From the NCBI GenBank assembly GCA_016936455.1, contig JAFGXV010000035.1:3618-67617 (forward strand): a DNA stretch of 64,000 nt, written 5' to 3'. Origin of the DNA: Desulfuromonadaceae bacterium. Its GTDB lineage: Bacteria; Desulfobacterota; Desulfuromonadia; Desulfuromonadales; Desulfuromonadaceae. The notes under the pieces are model-generated. The model was not told the DNA's origin. It saw only the letters and a program-made list of their open reading frames with translations, and made no database searches. Shown one piece after another: positions 1 through 11,276 of the stretch; within the stretch, counting starts at the first letter, position 1; every line of letters starts with the position of its first letter. The translations under genes and the position numbers were made by a program.

Positions 1-165
1 GACCCGGCAGGCACCTGTTGTTGACACCTTCTTCAGGTAGCACATGGTCGGGATCTTAATGCCGAGTTTTTCTGCCGCCGTGATGATGGTAGAACCGGCC
101 TCAACCTCAACTTCCTGCCCGTCGATGGTCAGACGGATCATTTCTTTTTCCGCTTTATGACTCAT
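1..165 (-). CDS. sfrA: NADPH oxidoreductase alpha subunit SfrA, N-terminal 2Fe-2S region (partial, runs off window start)
   Basis: Manual translation MSHKAEKEMIRLTIDGQEVEVEAGSTIITAAEKLGIKIPTMCYLKKVSTTGACRV, a NuoG/FdhF-type ferredoxin start; AGGA RBS; directly downstream of sfrB. Confidence 0.85.
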   Translation of the reverse strand, partial: MSHKAEKEMIRLTIDGQEVEVEAGSTIITAAEKLGIKIPTMCYLKKVSTTGACRV

Positions 166-204
166 ATCGAAAATCCTAAATTCGTTTCAGTGTCGTGCCA
201 GTCC

Positions 205-2160
205 CTAACCCAGAGCCACCATCGCAACGCGGTAGCAGCGCAGACAACGATCGGCTTCCACAACGGCCTGACTTTCAGGCATGGCCAGCTCGATTTCCTC
301 GTAATTCGTCGCACGCTCCGCACCATTGATCTTGGGCTGGTGCTCACGGTGCAGGCCACCAAGGACCGGTACTTTCTCGTTGGAATCAAAGACGCCCAGG
401 CGGTTAACGATATCCTCCATGGCCTCTTCGTCATCCAGCACGGCCTTGCCATCGGTCAACCAGCGATTCATCACACTGGCGGCACGCTTGCCGTGGCTGA
501 CGGCCAAAACAACGGTCATGGCGCCATATTCGCAGTCACCACCGGCGAAGACGCCTTCGTTATCGGTCATCATGGTCCCACCATGGGTCAGGATGCTGCT
601 CCAGCGGGTTTGCTTGACGCCAGACTTGTCGCCTTCCAGATAGCTCAGATCCGGATCCTGACCGATCGCCGGAATGACCAGATCACAGGGAATCACATAT
701 TCGGAACCCGGCACCGGAGCCGGCCGGCGGCGTCCCGACTCGTCGGGCTCCCCCAGAGCCATCTTGATCACCTCGACCCCGGTCACCTTGTTGTTTTCGG
801 TGATCAGTCGGGTCGGATTGACCAGGAACTCAAACCGGACATTTTCCTCTTCGGCATCATCGACCTCGTAGGATTCGGCCGGCATCTCCTTGCGGGTACG
901 GCGATAGACCAGAATCGACTCTTCCGCCCCCTCACGCAGGGCCACGCGCACGCAGTCGATGGCCGTATTACCGCCGCCGACGACAACAACGCGCTTCGGT
1001 GTTTTAATCCCTTCGCCCAGAGCCACTGCGCGCAGGTAGTGGATACCACCGGGAGAGAAGCCCTCGTAGCCGGCATCCTCGCCCTCGACGCCCATGGGTT
1101 TGGATTTGAAGCAGCCAGTGCCGAGGAAAATGGCATCATAATCCTTCTTCAGCTGCTCAAACGTCACATCGCGGCCCAGCTTGACACCGTACTCGATCTC
1201 GACACCCAAGGCGGCGATATTGTCGGCCTCACGCCGCAGCAGATGACGCGGCATACGGTAATCGGGAATCCCGACAGCAACGGTCCCGCCGGGCTCGGAC
1301 AACATCTCGATGATCTTGACCTTGTGACCTTCCAGCGCCAGATAATAGGCACAGGTCAGACCAGCAGGGCCGGCACCGACGACAATGACCTTCTTGCCGG
1401 TAGATGCTTTGGGCACCATGGGCGGCTGCTTGTGATGCATCCACTCGTGGTCGGAGGCCACGCGCTTCATCACCATGATGCTGACCGGCTCATCGACCAG
1501 GGCACGACGACAGGCGGTCTCGCAGGGATGGGGGCAGACGCGGCCGCAGACAGCTGCAATCGGCATCCGCTCACGCACCTTGGCCAGCGAATCGTCGAAG
1601 CGGTAGTTCTTGATTTCCTCGATGTACGCCGGGATATCAATATGCGCCGGACACTTGTCCATACAGGGCGCCGTCAGCTTGTCCACATAGCTCTCTGCCG
1701 GCTTCGGCTGACGCTTACCCGCAATGTAGGCCAGGTAATCGTCGCGGAAATACTTGACCGTGTCCTGTACCGGAATCACGGAAGTCATACACAGGGTGCA
1801 TTTGCAGTTTTCCAGCAGACCGGAGAGGTTCTCGATCACGCCCAGATCACTTTCCTGTCCCTTGCCGTCCAGGATGCGCGCCAGGGTGTCCTGCAAAACC
1901 CGTGTCCCCTTCTTACCCGGCGTACATTTACCGCAGCAGTGCTTTTCCTGCACCCGCTTCATGTACTCGGCGGCCATCGCCACGACATCGGTTTGCGGAT
2001 CAAGAACAACAACACCATCCCAACCCATGAACGCACCAACTTTTTTGTCGCCCAGATACCCTGTGGGAATTTTCAGCTTCAATGAAGCCAGATCCGCTTG
2101 ACCACCCTGACGGGTGTCAACAATCTCTCTTCCCCAGCTGGAAAAAACGATTTCAGACAA
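205..2160 (-). CDS. sfrB: NADPH oxidoreductase beta subunit SfrB (GltD-like FAD/Fe-S protein)
   Basis: IVFSSWGR N-terminus, CCGKCTPG, CPAHIDIP, GAGPAG and GGGNTA nucleotide-binding motifs, C-terminal RCLRCYR, as in Geobacter SfrB; TTG start at 2160 preceded by AGGAGG. Confidence 0.92.
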   Translation of the reverse strand: MSEIVFSSWGREIVDTRQGGQADLASLKLKIPTGYLGDKKVGAFMGWDGVVVLDPQTDVVAMAAEYMKRVQEKHCCGKCTPGKKGTRVLQDTLARILDGKGQESDLGVIENLSGLLENCKCTLCMTSVIPVQDTVKYFRDDYLAYIAGKRQPKPAESYVDKLTAPCMDKCPAHIDIPAYIEEIKNYRFDDSLAKVRERMPIAAVCGRVCPHPCETACRRALVDEPVSIMVMKRVASDHEWMHHKQPPMVPKASTGKKVIVVGAGPAGLTCAYYLALEGHKVKIIEMLSEPGGTVAVGIPDYRMPRHLLRREADNIAALGVEIEYGVKLGRDVTFEQLKKDYDAIFLGTGCFKSKPMGVEGEDAGYEGFSPGGIHYLRAVALGEGIKTPKRVVVVGGGNTAIDCVRVALREGAEESILVYRRTRKEMPAESYEVDDAEEENVRFEFLVNPTRLITENNKVTGVEVIKMALGEPDESGRRRPAPVPGSEYVIPCDLVIPAIGQDPDLSYLEGDKSGVKQTRWSSILTHGGTMMTDNEGVFAGGDCEYGAMTVVLAVSHGKRAASVMNRWLTDGKAVLDDEEAMEDIVNRLGVFDSNEKVPVLGGLHREHQPKINGAERATNYEEIELAMPESQAVVEADRCLRCYRVAMVALG

Positions 2161-2265
2161 TATGACCTCCTGTAAAACCCGCGCTCTCGCCAGCAAGAGA
2201 GCCCTTATTTTTCCGCAAAAAAGAGCGACTCATCGCTCTTTTTTCCATAAAATGCCTCGAGACTA

Positions 2266-2282
2266 TTTGTATACAGTATGCA
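2266..2282. promoter_or_regulatory. Putative HgtR-like (GntR family) operator upstream of sfrB
   Basis: TTTGTATACAGTATGCA, with a TGTATACA palindrome plus a GTATGC half-site, about 105 bp upstream of sfrB; sfrB is, as recalled, an HgtR target in Geobacter. Confidence 0.5.
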
Positions 2283-2418
2283 GCTAAATACCACAGATCG
2301 CTCATTCAGATCAAGGATATATTTTCGCCCGCCGACCCAGCCAAAACCATAAAGGGCACAGCGCGCCTTTATCAGGGAAATGGTATCCGGCGATCGAACA
2401 CAGCCCGCCATCAACAGA

Positions 2419-4263
2419 TCAGCGACGGATCCGTTTCACCAGTTCGAGTGCCAGTTCGACACGACCAAAGGGCGGCATGATGTAATAGCCATCCGCCCAG
2501 CCCCGGGAGGCCTCAATCAACTCCTCCATCACCGCCATGCCCGCAGCCACACCCACCGCCCCACTGGTGCCACGCATGCGCTGTCGCACCCCATCGGGCA
2601 GCTCGATCCCCGGCACCTCGTTATGCAGAAACTCGGCGTTTCGTTCGCTGACCAGGGGCAACAGGCCGATCAGCACCGGAATCGGGCAATCCTGCAATGC
2701 GCTGCGCATGCGCTCAAGAATGGCCCCACTGTAAACGGGCTGGGTCTGGATAAAGCGCGCACCGGCCGCGATTTTCTTCTCCAGCTTGCGTAACTGGCCC
2801 GACAGGGAGCGCGGATTGGGATTAAAGGCCGCACCAAGACAGAAGCGGGTTACCCCGCCGAGATCGCCCCCCAGCGACGTCCGTCCATGGTTGAGGTCGT
2901 TGAGCAGGGAGAGCAGACCAACGGAATTGAGATCGAACACGTTGCTTGAGCCGGCCTCGCCTCCAACCGCGACAGGATCACCGGTGACCGCCAGCACGTG
3001 ACGGATACCGAGCAGATGCGCTCCCATCAGTTCAGAGTGCAGGCCGATCAGACTGCGGTCGCGGCAGGTGACATGGGCAATGACCGGAATCCCCACCTCA
3101 TCCTGGATACGGGCGGCCAGCGCCAGATTACCCATGCGGATACGCGCCAGGGGATTTTCGGCCAGACTGATGGCATCGACGCCACAATCGGCCAGCTGCC
3201 GGGCGCCCTCGACCACCGCGCGGCAGTCGAGACCACGTGGGGGGTCGAGCTCGACCGTGACGGGAAGATGTCCGTCTGCGCGATTCAGCAGTGGCGAATC
3301 GATGGGCGCAGCGACGACGGTTTCGACAGGGGGAGCATCCCTTTCCGCGACACGGGCCAGCGGCACCGCCACCCGCAACGATCTGTCCGCGGCAACCCGA
3401 TCAGCCAGCGCCCGGATATGATCAGGCGTGGTACCACAGCAGCCACCGACCAAGGCGGCTCCGGCCGTCATCATTTCATGACCACGGTCGGCAAAATAGG
3501 CCGGCGTCGCCAGATAAAGATGACGACCATTGACATACTGGGGGAAACCGGAGTTGGCAAAGGCAGACAGAGGACCGAGATCGACGCGGGCCATCTCGCG
3601 CACCCGCTGCAACATGTCATGGGGGCCACAGCCACAGTTGCATCCCACCACATCGGCCAGGGGTCGCAGCGCCCGCACCAGCTGAGCCGCATCCAGGCCA
3701 TCGGCCGTGCGGCCATCGGCGATAAAGGTCATCTGCGCCACCAGCGGCAACGCGAACTCGCGCCCGACGGCCAACGCCAGCTGCAGCTCGTGCAGCCGGG
3801 GAAAAGTCTCGAACAGCAGCAGGTCAACCCCACCGTCTACCAGCGCTGAGATCTGCTCCCGAAACAGCGCCTGGCGCTGTACATCACTCAGGTCTTCGTC
3901 CGCAGAAAGGGGTGCCGGGCCGCGCCCCAGCGGACCGACGGCGCCGGCGACGAACACGTCGCCGCGTCCTGCCGCCTCACGCGCCAGCCGCGCGCCCTGG
4001 CGGTTGACCTCAGCTACCCGGCCAGCCAGACCCGCCGCGGCCAGTTGCAGGCCGTTGGCAGCAAAGGTATTGGTTTCCAGCAGTCGTGCCCCGGCCCGGC
4101 GGTAAGCTTCATGAACATCCCGCACCTGATCCGGCCGCGACAGATTGAGGGCCTCGAAACAGCTGTCGGCGGCAATGCCGCGGGCATGCAGCAGGGTTCC
4201 CATGGCGCCGTCGGCGACAACGATCCGCTCCTGCAGATAACTCAGAAAAGAGGAATCAGCCAC
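2419..4263 (-). CDS. yitJ: Bifunctional homocysteine S-methyltransferase / methylenetetrahydrofolate reductase (YitJ-type)
   Basis: DGAMGT, ETNTF and GGCCGTTP Zn motifs, then an MTHFR domain ([22 protein letters not shown]); GTG start overlapping the rpe stop. Confidence 0.9.
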   Translation of the reverse strand: MADSSFLSYLQERIVVADGAMGTLLHARGIAADSCFEALNLSRPDQVRDVHEAYRRAGARLLETNTFAANGLQLAAAGLAGRVAEVNRQGARLAREAAGRGDVFVAGAVGPLGRGPAPLSADEDLSDVQRQALFREQISALVDGGVDLLLFETFPRLHELQLALAVGREFALPLVAQMTFIADGRTADGLDAAQLVRALRPLADVVGCNCGCGPHDMLQRVREMARVDLGPLSAFANSGFPQYVNGRHLYLATPAYFADRGHEMMTAGAALVGGCCGTTPDHIRALADRVAADRSLRVAVPLARVAERDAPPVETVVAAPIDSPLLNRADGHLPVTVELDPPRGLDCRAVVEGARQLADCGVDAISLAENPLARIRMGNLALAARIQDEVGIPVIAHVTCRDRSLIGLHSELMGAHLLGIRHVLAVTGDPVAVGGEAGSSNVFDLNSVGLLSLLNDLNHGRTSLGGDLGGVTRFCLGAAFNPNPRSLSGQLRKLEKKIAAGARFIQTQPVYSGAILERMRSALQDCPIPVLIGLLPLVSERNAEFLHNEVPGIELPDGVRQRMRGTSGAVGVAAGMAVMEELIEASRGWADGYYIMPPFGRVELALELVKRIRR

Positions 4264-4921
4264 GGGCCGACAAAGCATTGGTCCGCAACAGGGCAATTTC
4301 CGCCGCGTAGTCGGCGGCACCAAACACCGCGCTGCCAGCGACAAACACATCGGCTCCGGCCGCACAGATCTCGGCGATATTGTCGGCTTTCACCCCGCCG
4401 TCCACCTCCAGCTCAATCCTGCGGCCGCAACGTTCGATCATCTCGCGCACACGGCGGATTTTGTCCAGAGTCAGTGGAATAAAGCTCTGGCCGCCAAAGC
4501 CGGGGTTCACCGTCATCAGCAGCACCAGATCCACCTCGGGCAGAATCACGTCCAGAGTGGACACCGGGGTCGCTGGGTTGATGGACACCCCGGCCTTTTT
4601 ACCCAGACTGTGAATCAGCTGGATCGTACGGTGCAGATGCGGTACCGCCTCCTGATGCACGGTGATAATATCGGAACCCGCCGCGGCGAAATCGGGGATA
4701 TAGCGATCAGGGTGCTCAATCATCAGGTGGACGTCCAGCGGCTTGTCCGTGACACGGCGCAGGGCCTTGACCACCGGAGGGCCGATGGTGATGTTGGGCA
4801 CGAAATGGCCGTCCATGACATCGACGTGGATGTAGTCGGCGCCACCCTGGTCGATGGCGCGCACTTCATCACCCAGACGCGAAAAATCCGCGGAAAGAAT
4901 CGAGGGGGAAATCTTGATCAT
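4256..4921 (-). CDS. rpe: Ribulose-phosphate 3-epimerase
   Basis: [36 protein letters not shown]; GGAGG RBS. Confidence 0.97.
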   Translation of the reverse strand: MIKISPSILSADFSRLGDEVRAIDQGGADYIHVDVMDGHFVPNITIGPPVVKALRRVTDKPLDVHLMIEHPDRYIPDFAAAGSDIITVHQEAVPHLHRTIQLIHSLGKKAGVSINPATPVSTLDVILPEVDLVLLMTVNPGFGGQSFIPLTLDKIRRVREMIERCGRRIELEVDGGVKADNIAEICAAGADVFVAGSAVFGAADYAAEIALLRTNALSARG

Positions 4922-4941
4922 GTAACCTCCGGGAAAACCCG

Positions 4942-6324
4942 TCACCGGCGGCGCAGCCGGGCGGCAAAAAAGCAGTCCATGCCGGCATGGCGATCGGTTC
5001 GGGTACGCAGACAGCCGCGTGCATCGAACAGCTCCAACCAGGTGGCAGGCACCCCGCAACGGGCGTCCTCCAGGCTGAACTGCTCGTGACGGGCAAGAAA
5101 ATCGTCCACCACGCCATCCGACTCCTCGGGGGTGGTGGTGCACAGAGAATAAAGCAAGCGCCCTCCCGGGGCAACACATTCCGCCGCGTGGTCGAGGATG
5201 CGCTTCTGGGTTTCGACCAGAGCCGCGATATCCGCGGGCTGACGCCGCCAACGCAGTTCCGGATTGCGCCGCAGCACGCCCAATCCGGAGCAGGGTGCGT
5301 CCACCAGCACCGCATCGAAGCACGCCCGCTCCGGCGCTGTCGCTCCGAACAGGGTACAGGGGGTGGTCAGGTTCCAGCAGTGGGTTTCGATGCGGGTACA
5401 GCCCAGCCGCCGGGCGCCCTGCTCCAACAGACGCAGACGGTGCTCATGCAGATCGAGCGCGACAATGGGCGAGCGGTTCTGTGTCAGTGCCGCCAGGTGG
5501 GTGGTTTTGCCGCCGGGCGCAGCACAGACATCGAGAATGCGCTCACCCGGCTTGACCTGCAGCAGATGGCTGACCAGCATGCTGGCTTCATCCTGCGGCT
5601 GACATAACCCCTCAGCCAGCCCCGGCAGCTGCGGCAGGGAGCCCGTCGAGACTGTCAGCCCTTCGGCCGCATAACAACAGGGTTGCGCCGCCACCCCGGC
5701 CTGCTGCCAGCGCTGCAGCAAATCCGCTGGCTCCACACGCAACACATTGACCCGCAGGGTAACCGGTGCCGGCTCAAGCTGCGTCTCTGCCAGCGAAAGG
5801 GCGTCGTGCGGGCCGAACTGATCGATCCAGCGCTGCGCCAGCCAGCCAGGCATTGACAGGGTTGTCGTCAGGCGCAGCAAGGGATCTTCATCGTCGGGCC
5901 AGGGAATTTCGGCGAGCCCCCGCCCCAGCGCACGCAGGATGCCATTGACAAAACCCGTCACCCGCTGCAGTCGCAACAACCGGGTCAGTTCCACCGTTTC
6001 ATGCACCGCGGCCCGCGCCGGAATCCGGTCGAGAAACAGCAGCTGATAGGCACCAAGTCGCAGCAGATCGCACACGCCAGGCTCCAGTTTGGCCAGGGGC
6101 TGGCGACAAAAACGGGCCAAGGCAAAATCCAGCGCGCCGCGCCGACGCAGTACACCATATACCAGTTCCGTGGCCAGGGCGCGGTCGCGGGGTTCCATGC
6201 GGGTCTGGCTCAGGGCACTATCCAGCACCAGATCCGCATACCCGCCCTCATCGACACGACGCAGCACCTGCCACGCCAGCGCCCGGGCATTGTCACGACA
6301 ATAACGTTCGTCAGTTCGGGACAT
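4942..6324 (-). CDS. rsmB: 16S rRNA m5C967 methyltransferase RsmB/Sun
   Basis: NusB-like N-terminal domain, [27 protein letters not shown]. Confidence 0.93.
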   Translation of the reverse strand: MSRTDERYCRDNARALAWQVLRRVDEGGYADLVLDSALSQTRMEPRDRALATELVYGVLRRRGALDFALARFCRQPLAKLEPGVCDLLRLGAYQLLFLDRIPARAAVHETVELTRLLRLQRVTGFVNGILRALGRGLAEIPWPDDEDPLLRLTTTLSMPGWLAQRWIDQFGPHDALSLAETQLEPAPVTLRVNVLRVEPADLLQRWQQAGVAAQPCCYAAEGLTVSTGSLPQLPGLAEGLCQPQDEASMLVSHLLQVKPGERILDVCAAPGGKTTHLAALTQNRSPIVALDLHEHRLRLLEQGARRLGCTRIETHCWNLTTPCTLFGATAPERACFDAVLVDAPCSGLGVLRRNPELRWRRQPADIAALVETQKRILDHAAECVAPGGRLLYSLCTTTPEESDGVVDDFLARHEQFSLEDARCGVPATWLELFDARGCLRTRTDRHAGMDCFFAARLRRR

Positions 6325-6342
6325 GGACAGGCTCCAAAGAAT

Positions 6343-6374
6343 AAAAGCAGGGGCGTGATTTATCACGCCCCTGC
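6343..6374 (-). terminator. Rho-independent terminator after htpX
   Basis: Minus-strand hairpin GCAGGGGCGTGAT-AA-ATCACGCCCCTGC followed by TTTT. Confidence 0.75.
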
Positions 6375-6430
6375 CTACAGTGAAAAAAGTTAGCACCATC
6401 CACCCGCAGAAAGCGCGGCGGATCCGCCCA

Positions 6431-7273
6431 TCAAACCGTCATTGCCTCCAGGCGACGAATCCGCTCCGCCACCGGCGGATGGGTCGAAAACAGGCTTTGC
6501 AGCCCTTCCCCCTTCAGCGGATTGACGATAAACATGTGGGCCGTGGCATTATTGACCTGGGGCATGGGCATACGACGATTGGCCTGCTCCAGCTTGGCCA
6601 GGGCACTGGCCAGATAGTGCGGATTACCGCACAGCTGGGCGCCACCGGCATCGGCCAGATACTCGCGTGAACGGGACACGGCCATCTGCACCAGCATCGC
6701 TGCCATGGGCGCAAAAATCATGGTGACGATCGCCACCAGCATATTGCCGCCACCTTCCTCGTCGTCACTGCCCAGGCCGCCGAACAGCATGGCCCACTGC
6801 CCCATTTGGGCCAGATAGGAAATGGCCCCGGCAATGGTGGCCGCAATGGAACCGATCAGGATGTCGCGATGGCGAACATGGCTGAGTTCATGGGCCATCA
6901 CCCCCATCAGCTCTTCGCGGCTCAGCAGCTGCAAAATCCCCTGGGTCGCGGCCACCACAGCATGCTGCGGGTTACGGCCGGTGGCGAAGGCATTGGGGGT
7001 ATCCTGTGGCAAGACGTACACTTTTGGCATCACCAGCTGATTGCGCTGACACAGGTCGCGCACCACCTCGTACAGCACGCCACTGGTGACTTCCTGTCCC
7101 CGGTACATGCGGATAACGATCTTGTCGGAGAACCAGTAGGAACCAAGATTCATCGCACCAGCCAGCACCAGCGCCACCAGAGCGCCGCCCTTACCACCAA
7201 TGGCGCCACCGATAATCATCAACAACAGGGTGAGAACAGCCATCAAGGCCACGGTCTTCAGATTGTTCAACAT
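6431..7273 (-). CDS. htpX: Zinc metalloprotease HtpX (M48 family)
   Basis: [15 protein letters not shown] (HEXXH), [16 protein letters not shown]. Confidence 0.95.
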   Translation of the reverse strand: MLNNLKTVALMAVLTLLLMIIGGAIGGKGGALVALVLAGAMNLGSYWFSDKIVIRMYRGQEVTSGVLYEVVRDLCQRNQLVMPKVYVLPQDTPNAFATGRNPQHAVVAATQGILQLLSREELMGVMAHELSHVRHRDILIGSIAATIAGAISYLAQMGQWAMLFGGLGSDDEEGGGNMLVAIVTMIFAPMAAMLVQMAVSRSREYLADAGGAQLCGNPHYLASALAKLEQANRRMPMPQVNNATAHMFIVNPLKGEGLQSLFSTHPPVAERIRRLEAMTV

Positions 7274-7346
7274 GACTTTTTTCCTTTTCAGATTTCTGAG
7301 GTTCCACGCCGCTCTAAGGACTTAGATGGGATTTCCTGCCGTTACG

Positions 7347-7373
7347 ATAGGAACGCCGGAACTCTTTTACAAG
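7347..7373 (-). promoter_or_regulatory. Putative RpoH- or sigma70-type promoter of htpX
   Basis: Minus strand CTTG-N18-CCTAT (CTTGTAAAAGAGTTCCGGCGTTCCTAT). Confidence 0.55.
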
Positions 7374-7427
7374 GGCGCTAGCCCCTTTTTCAGACTGTGC
7401 AAATACGCGACCGTCTTTGCTGCCAAC

Positions 7428-8375
7428 CTACTCCGCCAGCCGACTGCCAGCACGCAGAGCGCAACCCCGCAGGAACTCGCCGGCCCCCAGGCGCTTTTTG
7501 CCCGGCAACTGCAACTGATGCAGGCACAACGCCCCTTCGCCGCAGGCCACCAGCACCCCGGCCTCCGAGGCTTCGAGCACCAGCCCTGGATCACCGCTGC
7601 GATCCGTCACCAGGCGACTTTCGGCGATCTTGAGCAGCTGTCCATCCCAGAAGCTGTACGCGCCCGGCCAGGGATCAAGACCACGCACCTGGTTGTGAAG
7701 ACGTGTCGCCGGCTGCGTCCAGTCGATAAGGCCATCCTCTTTTTTCAGCAAGGGGGCATAGGTGCTGTAACTATCCTCCTGCTTCTGCGGCGAAAGCGTG
7801 CCCATGCACAGGCGCGCCAGAGTCTCCTCCATGGCTTCGCGCCCCAGTCGCGACAGCCGGTCATGCAACTGGCCGGCGGTCTCGTTGGGCAGAATCGGCA
7901 AAGACTTCTTGACCAGCATGTCGCCAGTATCCAGACCGACATCCATCAGCATGGTCGTCACACCCGTCGTCGGATCACCGTCGAGAATCGCCTTGTTGAT
8001 CGGCGAGGCGCCGCGGTGGCGCGGCAACAGGGAGGCGTGCACATTGATGCAGCCATAACGCGGAATATCCAGCACCTCTTTGGGCAGGATCTGCCCATAG
8101 GCGACCACCACAATCAGCTCCGGCGACAGCCGTTTCAGCTGTTCGACAGCCTCTGGCCGGCGCAGGCGCTCGGGCTGGAACACCGGAATGCCGTGCTCGG
8201 CCGCCAACTCCTTAACCGGTGGCGGCGTCAGTTTATTGCCACGCCCCTTGGGACGATCCGGCTGGGTAAACACGCCGACCAGCCGCACTTGGGCATCGAT
8301 CAGCCCCTGCAGGGTCGGCAGGGCAAACTCCGGGGTCCCCATAAAAACCGTGCGCAGTGTTTTTTTATCGATCAC
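7428..8375 (-). CDS. fmt: Methionyl-tRNA formyltransferase
   Basis: FMGTPEFA, TQPDRPKGRG, NVHASLLP, GLDTGD. Confidence 0.97.
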   Translation of the reverse strand: MIDKKTLRTVFMGTPEFALPTLQGLIDAQVRLVGVFTQPDRPKGRGNKLTPPPVKELAAEHGIPVFQPERLRRPEAVEQLKRLSPELIVVVAYGQILPKEVLDIPRYGCINVHASLLPRHRGASPINKAILDGDPTTGVTTMLMDVGLDTGDMLVKKSLPILPNETAGQLHDRLSRLGREAMEETLARLCMGTLSPQKQEDSYSTYAPLLKKEDGLIDWTQPATRLHNQVRGLDPWPGAYSFWDGQLLKIAESRLVTDRSGDPGLVLEASEAGVLVACGEGALCLHQLQLPGKKRLGAGEFLRGCALRAGSRLAE

Positions 8376-8887
8376 AGCTGCTCCTGTTGCTGCTCAAGGA
8401 TCCGTTGATATTTTTTGCGGAAGATGCTCTTCTTCAGCGACGACAGCCGGTCAACAAACAGATGACCATCCAGATGGTCAATTTCATGCTGAAAAGCCAC
8501 CGCCAGCAGACCATCGGCCTCACGCTCGACCCACTCGCCTTCCGGGGTCTGGTAGCGGGCTCGCACCCAGGCACTGCGCTTGACACAGGAGTAATAACCG
8601 GGGACGGACAGGCAGCCCTCCTCCTCGTTCGACTCCCCACGCGCCTCAAGTATCTCCGGATTGATGGCCCGGATCAGTTCCGGCTGTTCCTTGCTACCAC
8701 AGTCGATGACGACCACACGCTCGAGTACCCCGATCTGCGGCGCGGCCAGTCCCACTCCCGGCGCAGCATACATGGTTTCGACCATATCATCGACCAGGGT
8801 ACGGATCTGGTCGTTAATCTCGGCAACCGGCTGCGCTTTTTTAGTCAGCACCGGATCCGGATAATGGCAAATAGCACGAATCGACAT
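8372..8887 (-). CDS. def: Peptide deformylase
   Basis: GVGLAAPQIG, EGCLS, QHEIDHLDG; 4-bp overlap with fmt. Confidence 0.97.
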   Translation of the reverse strand: MSIRAICHYPDPVLTKKAQPVAEINDQIRTLVDDMVETMYAAPGVGLAAPQIGVLERVVVIDCGSKEQPELIRAINPEILEARGESNEEEGCLSVPGYYSCVKRSAWVRARYQTPEGEWVEREADGLLAVAFQHEIDHLDGHLFVDRLSSLKKSIFRKKYQRILEQQQEQL

Positions 8888-8920
8888 CGTCCTGTCCTCT
8901 CTTTATCGTGTTGTGCTCAG

Positions 8921-9889
8921 TCAGACCACCTGCACCCGCAGGCTATCGCCAAGTCTGGTCTGCAGGCTATGCTGAACAAAGCTCAGGGTTCCAGCCACAC
9001 TGCCGGCGCAGCCTTTACAGGCGCCCTTGTACTGGATAGCAATATGGGTAATCCCATCGGCATCCACCGTCAGATCATCCAGCTCAATACCGCCGCCGTC
9101 ACGGGCCAGCACGGGACGAATATCGCTATCCAGCACCGCCTCAATAGCCCTGAGCTTCTTGATAATCGAAAGCTGGGCAAAATCATCCTCGGTCTTGGCC
9201 TGCGGATTGCGTTCCAGCTCAATCTCCTCGCGCACCCGCGCCAGGATATCGACCAGATACAGCTCACGTTTCTCGTGGCCGCCCGGCCGGATACAGGATT
9301 TGCAAAACGCCCCGGCCTTGGTGTAATCGACGATCTCCTCCACACTGGTCAGATCATTGATGCGGATGGCATCCTCGATGGTCTGCAGACTCACCCGGGC
9401 ACACTCACAGACGATGTCCTTGTCCGCCAGGGTGGAGACATCCACATTGCGGTAGATCGCCGCAGCCTGCTTGATCACTTCATAGGCCATGACGCTGCAG
9501 TGCATTTTCTGTGGCGGCACCGCGGCCTGATCCTCGGTGTCGCGCAGCGCCCGCTCGACATCGAGGTTGGTGATCTTGGTCGCTTCATCGACGGTCTTGC
9601 CGATACACATCTCCGCCATCATATCCGTCGAAGCGATGGCCGTGCCACAGCCGAAGGACTTAAAGGTCGCCGCACGGATAACTTCACTGTCATCCTCGAC
9701 AATCCAGTACAGGCGCACCGTATCACCGCACGACTCAGCCCCTTCGTTGGCAATCACCAGCCGACCGCCCATCAGTTCGGCCTCGGCTTCGGTCAGCTCG
9801 CCAAAATGCTGCGGATTATTCATCCGCTCAGAAACTTTTTTTGAATACTGCTCCCACAGGGAGCCGCCAATCAGATCGTTCTTAGCCAT
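8921..9889 (-). CDS. nifU: Fe-S scaffold NifU (three-domain, Campylobacterota-type)
   Basis: IscU domain (ESCGD, FGCGTA, KMHCS), BFD-like CECARV...CKSC, Nfu domain GACKGC; AAGGAG RBS. Confidence 0.92.
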   Translation of the reverse strand: MAKNDLIGGSLWEQYSKKVSERMNNPQHFGELTEAEAELMGGRLVIANEGAESCGDTVRLYWIVEDDSEVIRAATFKSFGCGTAIASTDMMAEMCIGKTVDEATKITNLDVERALRDTEDQAAVPPQKMHCSVMAYEVIKQAAAIYRNVDVSTLADKDIVCECARVSLQTIEDAIRINDLTSVEEIVDYTKAGAFCKSCIRPGGHEKRELYLVDILARVREEIELERNPQAKTEDDFAQLSIIKKLRAIEAVLDSDIRPVLARDGGGIELDDLTVDADGITHIAIQYKGACKGCAGSVAGTLSFVQHSLQTRLGDSLRVQVV

Positions 9890-9932
9890 AATTACGTATC
9901 TCCTTCGGCACCGCCAGCGACGCCGGAAAAAA

Positions 9933-11195
<1,263 letters not shown>

Positions 11196-11212
11196 TCATG
11201 CCCCCTTTGCGA

Positions 11213-11237
11213 ATTATAACCAAGAAAGTCGTACTTA
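11213..11237 (-). promoter_or_regulatory. Putative Rrf2/IscR-like operator overlapping a TATAAT -10 of the nifS promoter
   Basis: Minus strand TAAGTACGACTTTCTTGGTTATAAT; GACT-N5-GGTT resembles the IscR type-1 dyad. Confidence 0.4.
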
Positions 11238-11276
11238 AACAAGCAAAATGCAAAACGCGGCGGACAGGCGGCGCAG

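Noticed and set aside
157-2085. 642-aa plus-strand ORF antisense to sfrB
   Set aside because: Shadow frame caused by GC-rich codon bias; no protein motifs; the opposite strand encodes a clear enzyme
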